Part shown: piece after piece, positions 26,426 through 35,205 of the stretch
Layout: every line of letters starts with the position of its first letter
Numbering within the stretch: the stretch's first letter is position 1
From: an uncultured Anaerolineaceae bacterium
Lineage (GTDB): Bacteria > Chloroflexota > Anaerolineae > Anaerolineales > E44-bin32
DNA length: 49,215 nucleotides
Reading direction: 5' to 3'
Assembly: GCA_964482355.1 (NCBI GenBank)
Contig: CAYZXF010000202.1
Span: 1-49,215, forward strand
The notes under the pieces: generated by a model
What the model was told of the DNA's origin: nothing
Seen by the model: the letters and a program-made list of their open reading frames with translations, nothing else
Databases searched by the model: none
Made by a program: the position numbers and the translations under genes

Positions 26426-26474
26426 TTCAATCGAACCTCTCGATTAGATTCAGGCGATTACAGTAAGATTATGC

Positions 26475-26504
26475 CCGAAGGGCACCGAAGGGCACCGAAG
26501 GGCA
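26475..26504. repeat. Three perfect tandem 10-bp direct repeats (CCGAAGGGCA x3)
   Basis: Read directly from the sequence. The repeats sit in the intergenic region between divergent dinB and a small Cys-rich ORF. Confidence 0.95.
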
Positions 26505-26532
26505 TCAGAAGATCAACGAAAGGGTTCGGATT

Positions 26533-26751
26533 GTGGAAACGCGACAAGAAGCTGCATTGTCGAAGTTTGAAAGTAATCCTAGAGTCAGCAAGATCCGACT
26601 AATCGTTTCTTACGACGCCTGTCCCGCGTGTCGGCGACAGGAGGGCGAATACAACAAAGGCAATGTCCCGGGACTACCTACGCGAGGCTGTTCTCATGCC
26701 TTGAAATGCCGCTGCTTTTACGAACCTACACTAACTGAAATTTTTCCGTAA
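26533..26751 (+). CDS. Small (72 aa) Cys/His-rich hypothetical protein, putative zinc-binding
   Basis: GTG start. Ligand pattern C30xxC33...C53xH55xxxC59xC61 (DACPACRR...GCSHALKCRCFYEP). Coding status is not proven. Confidence 0.4.
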   Translation: METRQEAALSKFESNPRVSKIRLIVSYDACPACRRQEGEYNKGNVPGLPTRGCSHALKCRCFYEPTLTEIFP

Positions 26752-28209
26752 TCAGCCACGTTTAAGCATCCAATCACGAGCAAATTCCAACGCTTCGGAA
26801 CCGTTGGCAATTCGAGCTTCAACTTGTTCTTCAGCCATCGCAGCTAACAACTCTCCGATGATGGGGCCCGGCTGGAGATTCAGAGCGGCAGCAAGCTTGT
26901 CCCCCCGAACGAGCTGGGGAGGCGCTACGATCTGATCATGCTGCTCAAACCATGCCTCGAACAATTTTTGCGCGATGTTGACCTGCATCTCCCATCGATC
27001 TTGAGTTGGAGACTCCGACAGTGAGATCGCCAGGTACAACAAAGCCGCTTCAATTCCATTCACTCCGCAATCTCGGAAGTAGCGATGCGCGCCCAGATCC
27101 GTGATGTCACCCTCCAAATCCGCGGCTCTGAGACGACATCCGGCGAGCGCACGAGCCAATCCAGCCTCGGCCTTGCTGTAGCGCAGTTCGCGAGCGCTCG
27201 CGTAGGCCGAGCCTTTTGCATCCGTTACTTCGGTGTGCAACGCTGCCAGGGACAGAATCTGGCTGGAACGATGGCCGCCCGTTATTGTTGCATTGAGATG
27301 ACTATCCAGCCTTGCCCGGTAGCGGCCAAGCTTCAAAGAAAGTTCGGCGAGCGGAAGATTGCCCACCTGGTCCGGTTCGGAGATGGCTCCCAGCATTTCG
27401 GCCAACCTGTCGACAACCCTTAGCGTTCGGTCCCACGCTTCAGATGTCAGCGCGGCCTGCCTCGGCAGTACGCTCGGCAGCAGCTCTAACCTTCGCATGA
27501 GCCGCATGGCGGTTGCCATCCAATCAGATCCAAGCATTTTGGATAGCTCGTCTCTCCGTCGTTCTGCCGCACACGCGGACAAATCCTCTGCAGATTCGCG
27601 AATTTGGTCCTTTGTTTGGTTTTCGATCCGGAGAGTAAGGCTGGTGGACAAACGAATCGCTCTTAGCGATCGAATGGCATCTTTCTGTATTGAATCGATC
27701 GCACTTGCGCGCAGGATTTTATCTTTGAGATCCTGGAGGCCCCCCAAGGGGTCAATCAGACGATCTGGTTGGTCGAGATCAACCGCCATCGAATTTACTG
27801 AGAAGTCTCGAAGCTTAAGATCGGCTTCAAGCGTCGGCGCCCTAAGGCGGGCAAAATCAAGCGTGGCCTGCTCTGGAAGCATCACCCGCGCGGCATCTCG
27901 CTGCTCGTCCAAGACGTAGCATGGAACGCCCATCGCGTCTGCTAATCCACGGGCGAGCGAAATTGCATCGCCGTTCACAGCAAAATCGAGATCCGGTTGG
28001 ATTATTTTAAGGAAATGGTCGCGCAGCGCTCCACCGACCAGCCAAACCTGTTGATCGTTGGAGTTCGACCGAATGAGTTCGGCCAGGTCTGATTCCAGGA
28101 GCTGTTCAACTAGCGTCGGCAAACTCAGAAACTTTATCGGAACGAAGAACGCCGATGAAAGGCAGATTGCGATAGTACTCATCGAGATCCAGTCCATAAC
28201 CAAAGACAA
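26752..28209 (-). CDS. cca: tRNA nucleotidyltransferase (CCA-adding)/poly(A) polymerase family protein
   Basis: Head-domain motif VWLVGGALRDHFL...PDLDFAV and RRDFSVN-like LRDFSVNS. The start is uncertain. ATG 28209 or 28182 would overlap hpt by 77-104 nt, and TTG 28121 by 16 nt. Confidence 0.75.
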   Translation of the reverse strand: MSLVMDWISMSTIAICLSSAFFVPIKFLSLPTLVEQLLESDLAELIRSNSNDQQVWLVGGALRDHFLKIIQPDLDFAVNGDAISLARGLADAMGVPCYVLDEQRDAARVMLPEQATLDFARLRAPTLEADLKLRDFSVNSMAVDLDQPDRLIDPLGGLQDLKDKILRASAIDSIQKDAIRSLRAIRLSTSLTLRIENQTKDQIRESAEDLSACAAERRRDELSKMLGSDWMATAMRLMRRLELLPSVLPRQAALTSEAWDRTLRVVDRLAEMLGAISEPDQVGNLPLAELSLKLGRYRARLDSHLNATITGGHRSSQILSLAALHTEVTDAKGSAYASARELRYSKAEAGLARALAGCRLRAADLEGDITDLGAHRYFRDCGVNGIEAALLYLAISLSESPTQDRWEMQVNIAQKLFEAWFEQHDQIVAPPQLVRGDKLAAALNLQPGPIIGELLAAMAEEQVEARIANGSEALEFARDWMLKRG

Positions 28210-28672
28210 ACTTATTTGGGATTTCGAAGCCCCGGTAGTCGATAGGAACCTCGGACTCTCTGCGCTCAGGCTTGTCCAGCAGCGTACACACCTTCAGCGA
28301 CTTCGGCCGGCGTACATTGAGAAGCTCAAGAACGGAAGCGATCGTGTTCCCGCTATCGATGATGTCCTCCACCAGAAGCACATGGCGATCCTCGATGGAG
28401 GTCGTCAGATCCAGCGTGATCCGCACCTGGCCTTTAGATTGTCGAGCGCCGGCGCCGTAGGAAGAGACGGCCATAAAGTCGATGCTGTGCGGCAGGCTGA
28501 TCTCACGCATGAGATCCGTGAGAAACATCACTCCACCGCGCAAAATACATATCAGCAGCAGATCCTCGCCTGCATAATCGGCGCTAATCTCCAGGCCAAG
28601 CGCACGAATGCGATCCTTCAGCTGCTCCTCGCTGATCAGGATCTCCTCCAAATACTCCTGATAGTCCTTCAT
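28106..28672 (-). CDS. hpt: Hypoxanthine-guanine phosphoribosyltransferase
   Basis: PRPP motif [13 protein letters not shown] and [13 protein letters not shown] 28672 overlaps the tdk TGA (ATGA). Confidence 0.9.
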   Translation of the reverse strand: MKDYQEYLEEILISEEQLKDRIRALGLEISADYAGEDLLLICILRGGVMFLTDLMREISLPHSIDFMAVSSYGAGARQSKGQVRITLDLTTSIEDRHVLLVEDIIDSGNTIASVLELLNVRRPKSLKVCTLLDKPERRESEVPIDYRGFEIPNKFVFGYGLDLDEYYRNLPFIGVLRSDKVSEFADAS

Positions 28673-29238
28673 TCGGGCACCTGGTGATGCTCTCGGCATC
28701 GTGCCTCATACATCTCACTCGCCCCCACCACGACGATCGGGTCCGAGGCGCGGGCGGGCGCATTGTCAATCAGGCGTTGCGTCCGAGAGGCCGGCTTCCC
28801 ACAAACCATGCAAATGGCATGCAGTTTGTTGACTCGTTCGGCAGTTGCCATGAGCCGCGGTATGGGGCCAAAGGGGTTGCCCCGAAAGTCAGTGTCAAGT
28901 CCCGCAACAATCACCCGTCTTCCTTCATCCGCCATATCGCGACAGACCTTCAAGATCATGTCGTCGAAAAATTGCGCTTCATCAATCGCAACCAGAGTCG
29001 TATCTCCATCGATCTGATCCAGGATCACCTCCACATTCTCAATTGGGGTGGCCTCGAATTGGCCTCCCGCATGCGAGGTGAGCATCTCGATTTCGTAGCG
29101 ATCATCGATGAGCGGCTTGAAGACCTGCACCTTCTGACGGGCGATCGTTGCGCGTCTCAGGCGCCGGATCAACTCGTCCGTCTTTCCACTGAACATCGAC
29201 CCGGTAATCACTTCTAATGATCCTGTCAATCTAACCAC
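28669..29238 (-). CDS. tdk: Thymidine kinase
   Basis: [15 protein letters not shown]-loop, VAIDEAQFF, and the Zn motif CMVCGKPA...CREHH. GTG 29238 (or TTG 29229). Confidence 0.9.
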   Translation of the reverse strand: MVRLTGSLEVITGSMFSGKTDELIRRLRRATIARQKVQVFKPLIDDRYEIEMLTSHAGGQFEATPIENVEVILDQIDGDTTLVAIDEAQFFDDMILKVCRDMADEGRRVIVAGLDTDFRGNPFGPIPRLMATAERVNKLHAICMVCGKPASRTQRLIDNAPARASDPIVVVGASEMYEARCREHHQVPE

Positions 29239-29250
29239 CCTTTAGATACG

Positions 29251-29278
29251 AAAAAGGCAGGTGCTCACGGCACCTGCC
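29251..29278 (-). terminator. Rho-independent terminator after rpmE
   Basis: Minus strand GGCAGGTGC-cgtga-GCACCTGCC followed by TTTTTCG. The 9-bp stem is perfect. Confidence 0.8.
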
Positions 29279-29303
29279 TTGAGTTTACTTCAAAGCTGTA
29301 GCG

Positions 29304-29777
29304 CTAAGCCTGTGGCTCCTCGGAAAATTCTGGCAGCTCAAAACCACGCGCTTTCATTCGGCGTTTTAGATCCGCCAGGCTCTTCCGCCCAAAGTTATCG
29401 ATCTCAAGCAACGCCATGTCGCCCTTTGCCATCAATGCCAATGCCTGGCCAGCGTCGGTAACACCTGCTTTTTCAAGCGCGGTCTGCGCCCGCTTGCCAA
29501 TATCGAGTTCGGCGATCGGGGTGTCGGGAGAAACCTTAGCTGCTTCTCGATTCTTCGCATCCTGAATGTATCCTTCTCGAGCCTCCAGTTTGCGGTAGAA
29601 GCGATCGACCTGCCCCTCGGTGTCCACGATTCGCTGTTCACCGGTGTAGAAGGGGTGGCAGTCGGAGCATATGTCGGTGTGGATCATTTCTACCGTGGAG
29701 CCCGTCGTCCATGAGTTCCCGCAGGAACAGACTATGGTAGCTTCTGTAAAGTATTCTGGATGAATGCCGGGCTTCAT
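29304..29777 (-). CDS. rpmE: 50S ribosomal protein L31 (Zn-ribbon type) with a C-terminal extension of about 85 aa resembling the RNA polymerase alpha-subunit C-terminal domain
   Basis: Residues 1-68, MKPGIHPEY...CSCGN...[13 protein letters not shown]...VDRFYRK, match canonical L31. Residues ~88-150, [61 protein letters not shown], match the alpha-CTD HhH pattern. Confidence 0.85.
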   Translation of the reverse strand: MKPGIHPEYFTEATIVCSCGNSWTTGSTVEMIHTDICSDCHPFYTGEQRIVDTEGQVDRFYRKLEAREGYIQDAKNREAAKVSPDTPIAELDIGKRAQTALEKAGVTDAGQALALMAKGDMALLEIDNFGRKSLADLKRRMKARGFELPEFSEEPQA

Positions 29778-30034
29778 TAGGCCGCCTCCATCACATTGAC
29801 CCGCTTTTTTCCTCCGCGGGCGTAGTCATACATCACCGTGCCATCGGCTGTTGCGAAGAGCGTATCATCTGAACCCTTGCCGACATTCAGCCCAGGATGG
29901 ATGCGAGTGCCCCGCTGGCGGACGAGGATGTTGCCAGAACGTACCAGCTGTCCGCCGAACCGCTTCACACCCAATCGTTGCGATTGACTGTCGCGCCCGT
30001 TGCGGCTCGATCCGCCACCTTTTTTATGTGCCAT
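29777..30034 (-). CDS. rpmA: 50S ribosomal protein L27
   Basis: [29 protein letters not shown]. The TAA stop shares one nt with the rpmE ATG. Confidence 0.95.
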   Translation of the reverse strand: MAHKKGGGSSRNGRDSQSQRLGVKRFGGQLVRSGNILVRQRGTRIHPGLNVGKGSDDTLFATADGTVMYDYARGGKKRVNVMEAA

Positions 30035-30045
30035 AACCTTTTCCC

Positions 30046-30561
30046 TTAGTCTTTCTTTTTTGCTTTCGGCTTGCTCGTACTTTTATTTTCCGAAGCGCTC
30101 GCGCTCTTCTTTGTTGAAGTGCTCGTGCTCTTCTCGCTCGAGCCAGCCGCCTTTGAGCTGCTCGATTTGCTTTTGCCACCGGCCTTCTTGGGTTTGCTTG
30201 TGCTCGATTTGCTCTTCGTTTCAGCCTTCCTTGTTGCTTCAGCGGCTGCTAATCCAACGCTCTCAATTTCTATATGGGTTAGCAGCTGCCGGTGCCCCTG
30301 CGTGCGTCGGTAACGCTGCTTGGGCTTGAACTTGAAGACCGTGATCTTCTTACCCTTCGGATGGCCCTGGACCTTACCCTTGACGCTGGCGCCCTTGACG
30401 AAAGGCGCGCCGACCTCCACTTTCTTTCCATCGGAGACCAGCAAGACATCTTTGAAGACAATCGGCTTGCCGACTTCAAGCGACATTCGGTCCACCTCAA
30501 TGAGGCTTCCCTCTTGCGCCAGATACTGCTTACCACTGTGTTCGACGATTGCGTATTTCAT
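30046..30561 (-). CDS. rplU: 50S ribosomal protein L21 with a Lys/Ser-rich C-terminal tail
   Basis: [24 protein letters not shown]...[15 protein letters not shown] core (~103 aa), plus a 68-aa K/S/T/A-rich tail. Confidence 0.9.
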   Translation of the reverse strand: MKYAIVEHSGKQYLAQEGSLIEVDRMSLEVGKPIVFKDVLLVSDGKKVEVGAPFVKGASVKGKVQGHPKGKKITVFKFKPKQRYRRTQGHRQLLTHIEIESVGLAAAEATRKAETKSKSSTSKPKKAGGKSKSSSSKAAGSSEKSTSTSTKKSASASENKSTSKPKAKKKD

Positions 30562-30592
30562 TCGGTGCTCTTCTCAATCTGTCCGACGGAAC

Positions 30593-30622
30593 ATTATAAA
30601 GGCCCGCAAAACGCGATGTCAA
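30593..30622 (-). promoter_or_regulatory. Consensus sigma70-type promoter of the rplU-rpmA-rpmE operon
   Basis: Minus strand TTGACA-18 nt-TATAAT (or 17 nt-TTATAA). The -10 ends 31 nt upstream of the rplU ATG. Confidence 0.6.
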
Positions 30623-30678
30623 CCTTCGTGCGGCCTTGGGCGTGGTGCACAGCCATCCGCCATTAGCGCTTCGTACAT

Positions 30679-30709
30679 GATCCCCAGAAGTTCGCGACTT
30701 CCGGGGATC
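30679..30709 (-). terminator. 13-bp stem-loop 31 nt downstream of the rpoC stop (no U-tract)
   Basis: Minus-strand RNA GAUCCCCGGAAGU-cgcga-ACUUCUGGGGAUC is fully paired with one G.U. The plus-strand version has an A.C mismatch. Confidence 0.45.
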
Positions 30710-30740
30710 ATTGTGTTCGTTAGAATGTACAGCCGGCTAG

Positions 30741-33700
30741 TTAGTCAGCCGCGACCATTTCCGCTTCAGGGACTTCGACGACCTCCGGCTCGGGTTCCGG
30801 TTCTTTTTGTATCGGTTCGAGCTCGCCGTCGATGCGTTCGTCGTGAAGAACGACTTCCTCACCAGGAAATCCGGTTCCGGCAGGAATTAGTTTCCCGATG
30901 ATCACGTTCTCTTTGAGCCCTCGCAGGTAGTCCACCTTGCCCTCAATGGCTGCCCCGGCCAGCACCTTGATGGTGTGCTGGAACGAAGAGGCCGACAGGA
31001 AAGATTCGGTGCTCAGCGAAGCCTTCGAGATTCCGAGCAGAACTTCAATCGATCGAGCGGGCGACTTTCCTTCCTTCAGAATTTGCTCATTCAGGCGCAG
31101 TAAATACCGGCGATCCACGAGATCGCCTGGAAGGAGCTCTGTATCTCCAGCATGCGAAATCTGTACCTTCGACAGCATCTTCCGAAGGATCACTTCGAAG
31201 TGCTTGTCATTGATGTTTTGGCCCTGCGATCGATACACCTGCTGCACTTCAGTCAACAGGTAGAGCTCGGTGGCCTCCCGACCTAAGATCATGAGAATTC
31301 GGTGCGGATTTAGAGATCCATCTGTCAATTGATCCCCAGCCTTGACCTTGTCTCCATGCTTCACGAGCAACCGAGCACTGGCCGGAACGTCGTAATCGAC
31401 CTCATCATTTTGTTCGTAAGAGATTATTACGACCCGGTCCTTGACGTTGGCTTTGCCTCCATGGCTGGCGGTGATCTGTGAGTCACCGCGACTCGCGATG
31501 AGATCACCCGCCTCCACCTCGTCGCCATCCTCGGTCTGGAGCGACCAATTGCCTGGGACCTTGTATTCATCGTGCAGCATCTGACTGATTTCGATGTGAA
31601 CAACGCGCTGTCCATCGGGCGTATTGGGAGCAAGGATTTCGACTGTTCCTTCGATTTCGGAAGTGATCGCTTCGCCTTTGGGCTTCTTGCGCGCCTCGAA
31701 TAATTCTTCAACGCGTGGAAGACCGGTTGTGATATCCGCACCAGCCGCTACACCACCGGTGTGGAAAGTACGCAGCGTTAGCTGGGTTCCAGGCTCGCCG
31801 ATCGATTGGGCAGCAACGATTCCCACCGCTGCCCCCAGCTCCACCCGATGGCCCCTACCCAGATCCATCCCGTAACACTCGGCACACAGCCCAAACTGCA
31901 ATTCACAGGTAACTGGTGAGCGAACCACGACTCCATCAGGCAGAACATCTCCAATACGCTCCGCCGCCTTGCCGTCCAACAATTCTCCTCGACGATAGAT
32001 CACTTCGCCGGTTTCTGGATCTGCCACTGCTTTGGCCAACACGCGGCCAATCACACGCGCGGAAAAGTCCTGACCTGCGACATCGTCGGCCGATCGCAGG
32101 ATGATTCCTAACTCCGTCCCGCAATCCTCAGAATTGATGATCACGTCCTGCGCGACATCCACCAGTCGCCGCGTTAGGTAGCCGGCATCGGCAGTGCGCA
32201 AGGCCGTATCGGTGAGTCCTTTGCGCGCTCCATGGGTGGAGATGAAGTATTCGAGTGTGTTCAGTCCGTCTCGGAAGTTGGACCGAATGGGAAGCGGGAT
32301 GATCCGGCCAGAGGGATCGGCCATCAACCCACGCATCCCTGCTAACTGTGAAATTGGACCAAAGCCGCCCTTGGTCGCACCCGAGATTGCCATCGTGCTT
32401 AAATTTCCTGCTGGATCCATTCCGGCTTTGACAGCGGCTGCAACTTCAGCGGTGGTTGCTTGCCAAAGCTCGATGATACGCTCATTCTGCTCCTGTTTGG
32501 TGAGCAGTCCACGCTGGAAATCATTCCGCACCTCCTCGGCCGCTTCCTGGGTGCGAGCGATGATCTCACCCTTCTCTTCTGGCACCGTGATGTCTGAAAC
32601 AGAAATTGAGGTTCCGGATTGGGTAGCGTATTCGAAGCCGATGTCCTTGATCGCGTCCACGACAGCTGGCGTTCCCTCTTCCTTCAGCTGATTGTATATT
32701 TCGCCGACCAGCGATTGCATGGCTTCCTTGTCCAGGACTTTGTTCACGAAACGCAACTCTTCGGGAAGGACGCTGTTGAATATCGCGCGTCCAACGGTGG
32801 TGTCGACCACCCGCACTTCAGCCTGCTCCATGCGAATGCCGTCATCGTCATACCAGGTGGCAATCTGGAGCTTGATGGGAGCATGTAGATCGACCTGTCG
32901 CAGCGCCCAGGCCATCTCAACTTCATCTACGCTCGCAAAGGCCCGACCTTCACCCTTGCGGCCTTTGCCCTCAACCTGCATGGTCAGGTAGTACACACCC
33001 AGGACCATATCCTTGGTCGGAGTCACGATAGGTTCTCCGTCTGCGGGCTTAAGTAGGTTCACGCTGGACAGCATGAGTTCACGGGCTTCTGTCACTGCGC
33101 GGCTGGAGAGCGGTACGTGTACCGACATCTGGTCGCCGTCAAAGTCCGCGTTGAACGCGGCGCACACGAGTGGGTGCAATTGAATAGCTTTGCCCTCCAC
33201 AATCACAGGCTCGAAGGCCTGGATTCCCAGACGATGCAGGGTCGGAGCGCGGTTTAGAAGTACCGGCCGATCCTTGATTACTTCCTCAAGAACCTCCCAT
33301 ACCTCTGGGCGCTCGCGCTCGATAATGCGCTTGGCGCCTTTCACATTCGCGGCATAGTTGTAGAGCACCAGTTTGGAAATTACGAACGGCCGATATAGCT
33401 CTAGTGCCATGGTTTTTGGAAGACCGCATTGATCCAGCTTAAGATGTGGGCCGATCACAATCACCGATCGCCCGGAGTAATCCACACGCTTTCCGAGCAG
33501 ATTCCGGCGGAAGCGCCCCTTCTTGCCTTTGAGCATGTCGCTGAGCGACTTCAGCTCGCGGCGGCCTCTGCGCGAGAGCGCCTTGCCGCGCTGCGCATTA
33601 TCGATCAACGAGTCGACCGCCTCCTGGAGCATCCGCTTTTCGTTTCGAACGATGACGTCCGGTGCGCCCAACTCGACCAATCGCTTCAGGCGATTGTTCC

Positions 33701-35024
33701 GGTTGATCACCCGACGATAGAGATCGTTCAGATCGGAAGTGGCGAATCGCCCACCATCAAGCTGCACCATGGGTCGCAGATCGGGCGGGATCACCGGCAG
33801 CACAGTCAGAATCATCCACTCAGGTTTGTTTCCCGAACGGCGGAAGGCCTCAACCACCGTAAGCCGCTTGGTGGCCTTCTTACGGCGCTGCTTGCTCTTT
33901 GTGGTGCGAATCTCTTCCCAGAGCTCAACCCTCAGCTTATCCAGGTCCAGCCGTTGGAGAATATCGTAGAAGGCCTCAGCACCCATGTCGGCTCGGAACA
34001 CCTGCCCCCAGCCCGATTTCAGTTCCCGGTATCGAGTTTCGCCGAGAAACATCATCTGGGTAATGCCTTCGATTTCCTCGCGCTCTTTCATCAACTCTTC
34101 GATCTGCGCCAGGTTATCTTTTTGAGGAGCTCCCTTGACTTCTTCGGTCTCGCGATCCGCGACTTCCTTGACCTCTTCGATTTCGGCCGTGACTTCTTCA
34201 AGCTTCATATCGAGCTTGGCCTTGGCGACGCCCTCAACTTCTTCCAGCCGTTCACTTACAAACTTTTGAACTGCTGCGATGTGATCCTTGGAGATCGTCT
34301 CACCTTTCTCCGCAATCTGTTGATTGACGGCCTTGAATTCGATCGCTACGCGAATCGACTTGCCAGATTTATCTCGTAAATCACGCTCCAGTCGCTGACC
34401 TTCCCGAATAATGGGGTCTATCTGCTCAGCAACTTCCTCTTCGTACGCTATTTTGAGCGCCTTCTGGTCGTCCTTCAGCTGCTCCAGCTTTTCCTTCTCT
34501 TGAGTTTTGATTTCCTCCAGCCGCTCATCAACCGCCTCATTCTGAGCTTCCTGCTGGCCAGTAATCTTTTCGTCGATTCGTTTGATTGCCTTACGGCGCG
34601 CTTCTTCGTCGACGTGGGTGACGATGTACTGCGCGAAATAAAGCACTCGGTCAAGATTACGTCGGGAGATGTCGAGCAACAAACCTAAATAAGAAGGGAC
34701 GCGACGCGTGTACCAGACATGAGCGACTGGAGCGGCCAGGGTAATATGACCCATCCGCTCTCGACGCACCGATGCTCGGGTCACTTCGACGCCGCACTTC
34801 TCGCAGGTTATGCCTTTAAATCGGATGTTCTTGTACTTGCCGCAGTAGCACTGCCAATCTTTGGTGGGGCCAAAGATCGCTTCACAGAACAGCCCGTCTT
34901 TTTCGGGACGCAGGCGCCGGTAGTTGATGGTTTCCGGCTTCAATACCTCGCCATACGACCAGCTACCGATGGTGTCCGGCGATGCCAGGCTGATTCGTAA
35001 CGCTCGAAACCTCTTAGATTCCAC
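30741..35024 (-). CDS. rpoC: DNA-directed RNA polymerase subunit beta-prime
   Basis: Zn finger CYCGKY...[27 protein letters not shown], and trigger-loop/bridge-helix blocks. GTG start with GGAGG 7 nt upstream. Confidence 0.97.
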   Translation of the reverse strand: MESKRFRALRISLASPDTIGSWSYGEVLKPETINYRRLRPEKDGLFCEAIFGPTKDWQCYCGKYKNIRFKGITCEKCGVEVTRASVRRERMGHITLAAPVAHVWYTRRVPSYLGLLLDISRRNLDRVLYFAQYIVTHVDEEARRKAIKRIDEKITGQQEAQNEAVDERLEEIKTQEKEKLEQLKDDQKALKIAYEEEVAEQIDPIIREGQRLERDLRDKSGKSIRVAIEFKAVNQQIAEKGETISKDHIAAVQKFVSERLEEVEGVAKAKLDMKLEEVTAEIEEVKEVADRETEEVKGAPQKDNLAQIEELMKEREEIEGITQMMFLGETRYRELKSGWGQVFRADMGAEAFYDILQRLDLDKLRVELWEEIRTTKSKQRRKKATKRLTVVEAFRRSGNKPEWMILTVLPVIPPDLRPMVQLDGGRFATSDLNDLYRRVINRNNRLKRLVELGAPDVIVRNEKRMLQEAVDSLIDNAQRGKALSRRGRRELKSLSDMLKGKKGRFRRNLLGKRVDYSGRSVIVIGPHLKLDQCGLPKTMALELYRPFVISKLVLYNYAANVKGAKRIIERERPEVWEVLEEVIKDRPVLLNRAPTLHRLGIQAFEPVIVEGKAIQLHPLVCAAFNADFDGDQMSVHVPLSSRAVTEARELMLSSVNLLKPADGEPIVTPTKDMVLGVYYLTMQVEGKGRKGEGRAFASVDEVEMAWALRQVDLHAPIKLQIATWYDDDGIRMEQAEVRVVDTTVGRAIFNSVLPEELRFVNKVLDKEAMQSLVGEIYNQLKEEGTPAVVDAIKDIGFEYATQSGTSISVSDITVPEEKGEIIARTQEAAEEVRNDFQRGLLTKQEQNERIIELWQATTAEVAAAVKAGMDPAGNLSTMAISGATKGGFGPISQLAGMRGLMADPSGRIIPLPIRSNFRDGLNTLEYFISTHGARKGLTDTALRTADAGYLTRRLVDVAQDVIINSEDCGTELGIILRSADDVAGQDFSARVIGRVLAKAVADPETGEVIYRRGELLDGKAAERIGDVLPDGVVVRSPVTCELQFGLCAECYGMDLGRGHRVELGAAVGIVAAQSIGEPGTQLTLRTFHTGGVAAGADITTGLPRVEELFEARKKPKGEAITSEIEGTVEILAPNTPDGQRVVHIEISQMLHDEYKVPGNWSLQTEDGDEVEAGDLIASRGDSQITASHGGKANVKDRVVIISYEQNDEVDYDVPASARLLVKHGDKVKAGDQLTDGSLNPHRILMILGREATELYLLTEVQQVYRSQGQNINDKHFEVILRKMLSKVQISHAGDTELLPGDLVDRRYLLRLNEQILKEGKSPARSIEVLLGISKASLSTESFLSASSFQHTIKVLAGAAIEGKVDYLRGLKENVIIGKLIPAGTGFPGEEVVLHDERIDGELEPIQKEPEPEPEVVEVPEAEMVAAD

Positions 35025-35090
35025 GCGTTGACCTCCGCTTTGTGGTTAGATTAGTAGATCGACGAATTTCGAACAAACGTGCTAGAACCG

Positions 35091-35133
35091 CCACAACCAA
35101 AACCAGCGCTCAAGCTCACCGGCTTTGAGCGCT
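35091..35133 (-). terminator. Terminator/attenuator-like hairpin with U-tract in the HK-rpoC intergenic region
   Basis: Minus strand AGCGCTCAA-agccggtgagc-TTGAGCGCT followed by GGTTTTGGTTGTGG. Confidence 0.5.
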
Positions 35134-35177
35134 GTCAGGCACAAACTTCGCGGCGATCCTTTGCCATGTAACCCTAA

Positions 35178-35205
35178 ATTATACGCCGTGTTTTACGAAA
35201 GTCAA
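35178..35205 (-). promoter_or_regulatory. Near-consensus sigma70-type promoter upstream of rpoC
   Basis: Minus strand TTGACT-16 nt-TATAAT. The -35 hexamer contains the TGA stop of the upstream kinase gene. Confidence 0.55.

Noticed and set aside
26426-26460. A LexA/SOS box upstream of dinB
   Set aside because: Only a CGAAC half-site is present (atCGAACctctCGATt), and the partner half at N4 is CGAT rather than GTTC. The palindrome is better explained as the AATCGA/TCGATT hairpin around the SD.
26408-26602. 64-aa ORF spanning the 10-bp repeats
   Set aside because: Its sequence (PEGHRRAPKGIRR) is simply the translated repeat. It overlaps the better-supported Cys-rich ORF in another frame and has no SD.
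30562-30592. A structured ribosomal-protein (L21-type) leader upstream of rplU
   Set aside because: The consensus promoter leaves a 5' UTR of only about 24 nt, with no stable pairing that I can find.
33429-34379. 316-aa plus-strand ORF, together with several other 60-190 aa ORFs, antisense to rpoC
   Set aside because: It lies entirely inside the highly conserved rpoC coding region. Its product is low-complexity and Leu/Arg-rich and matches no motif I recognise. This is typical shadow-ORF behaviour on the opposite strand of a GC-rich gene.
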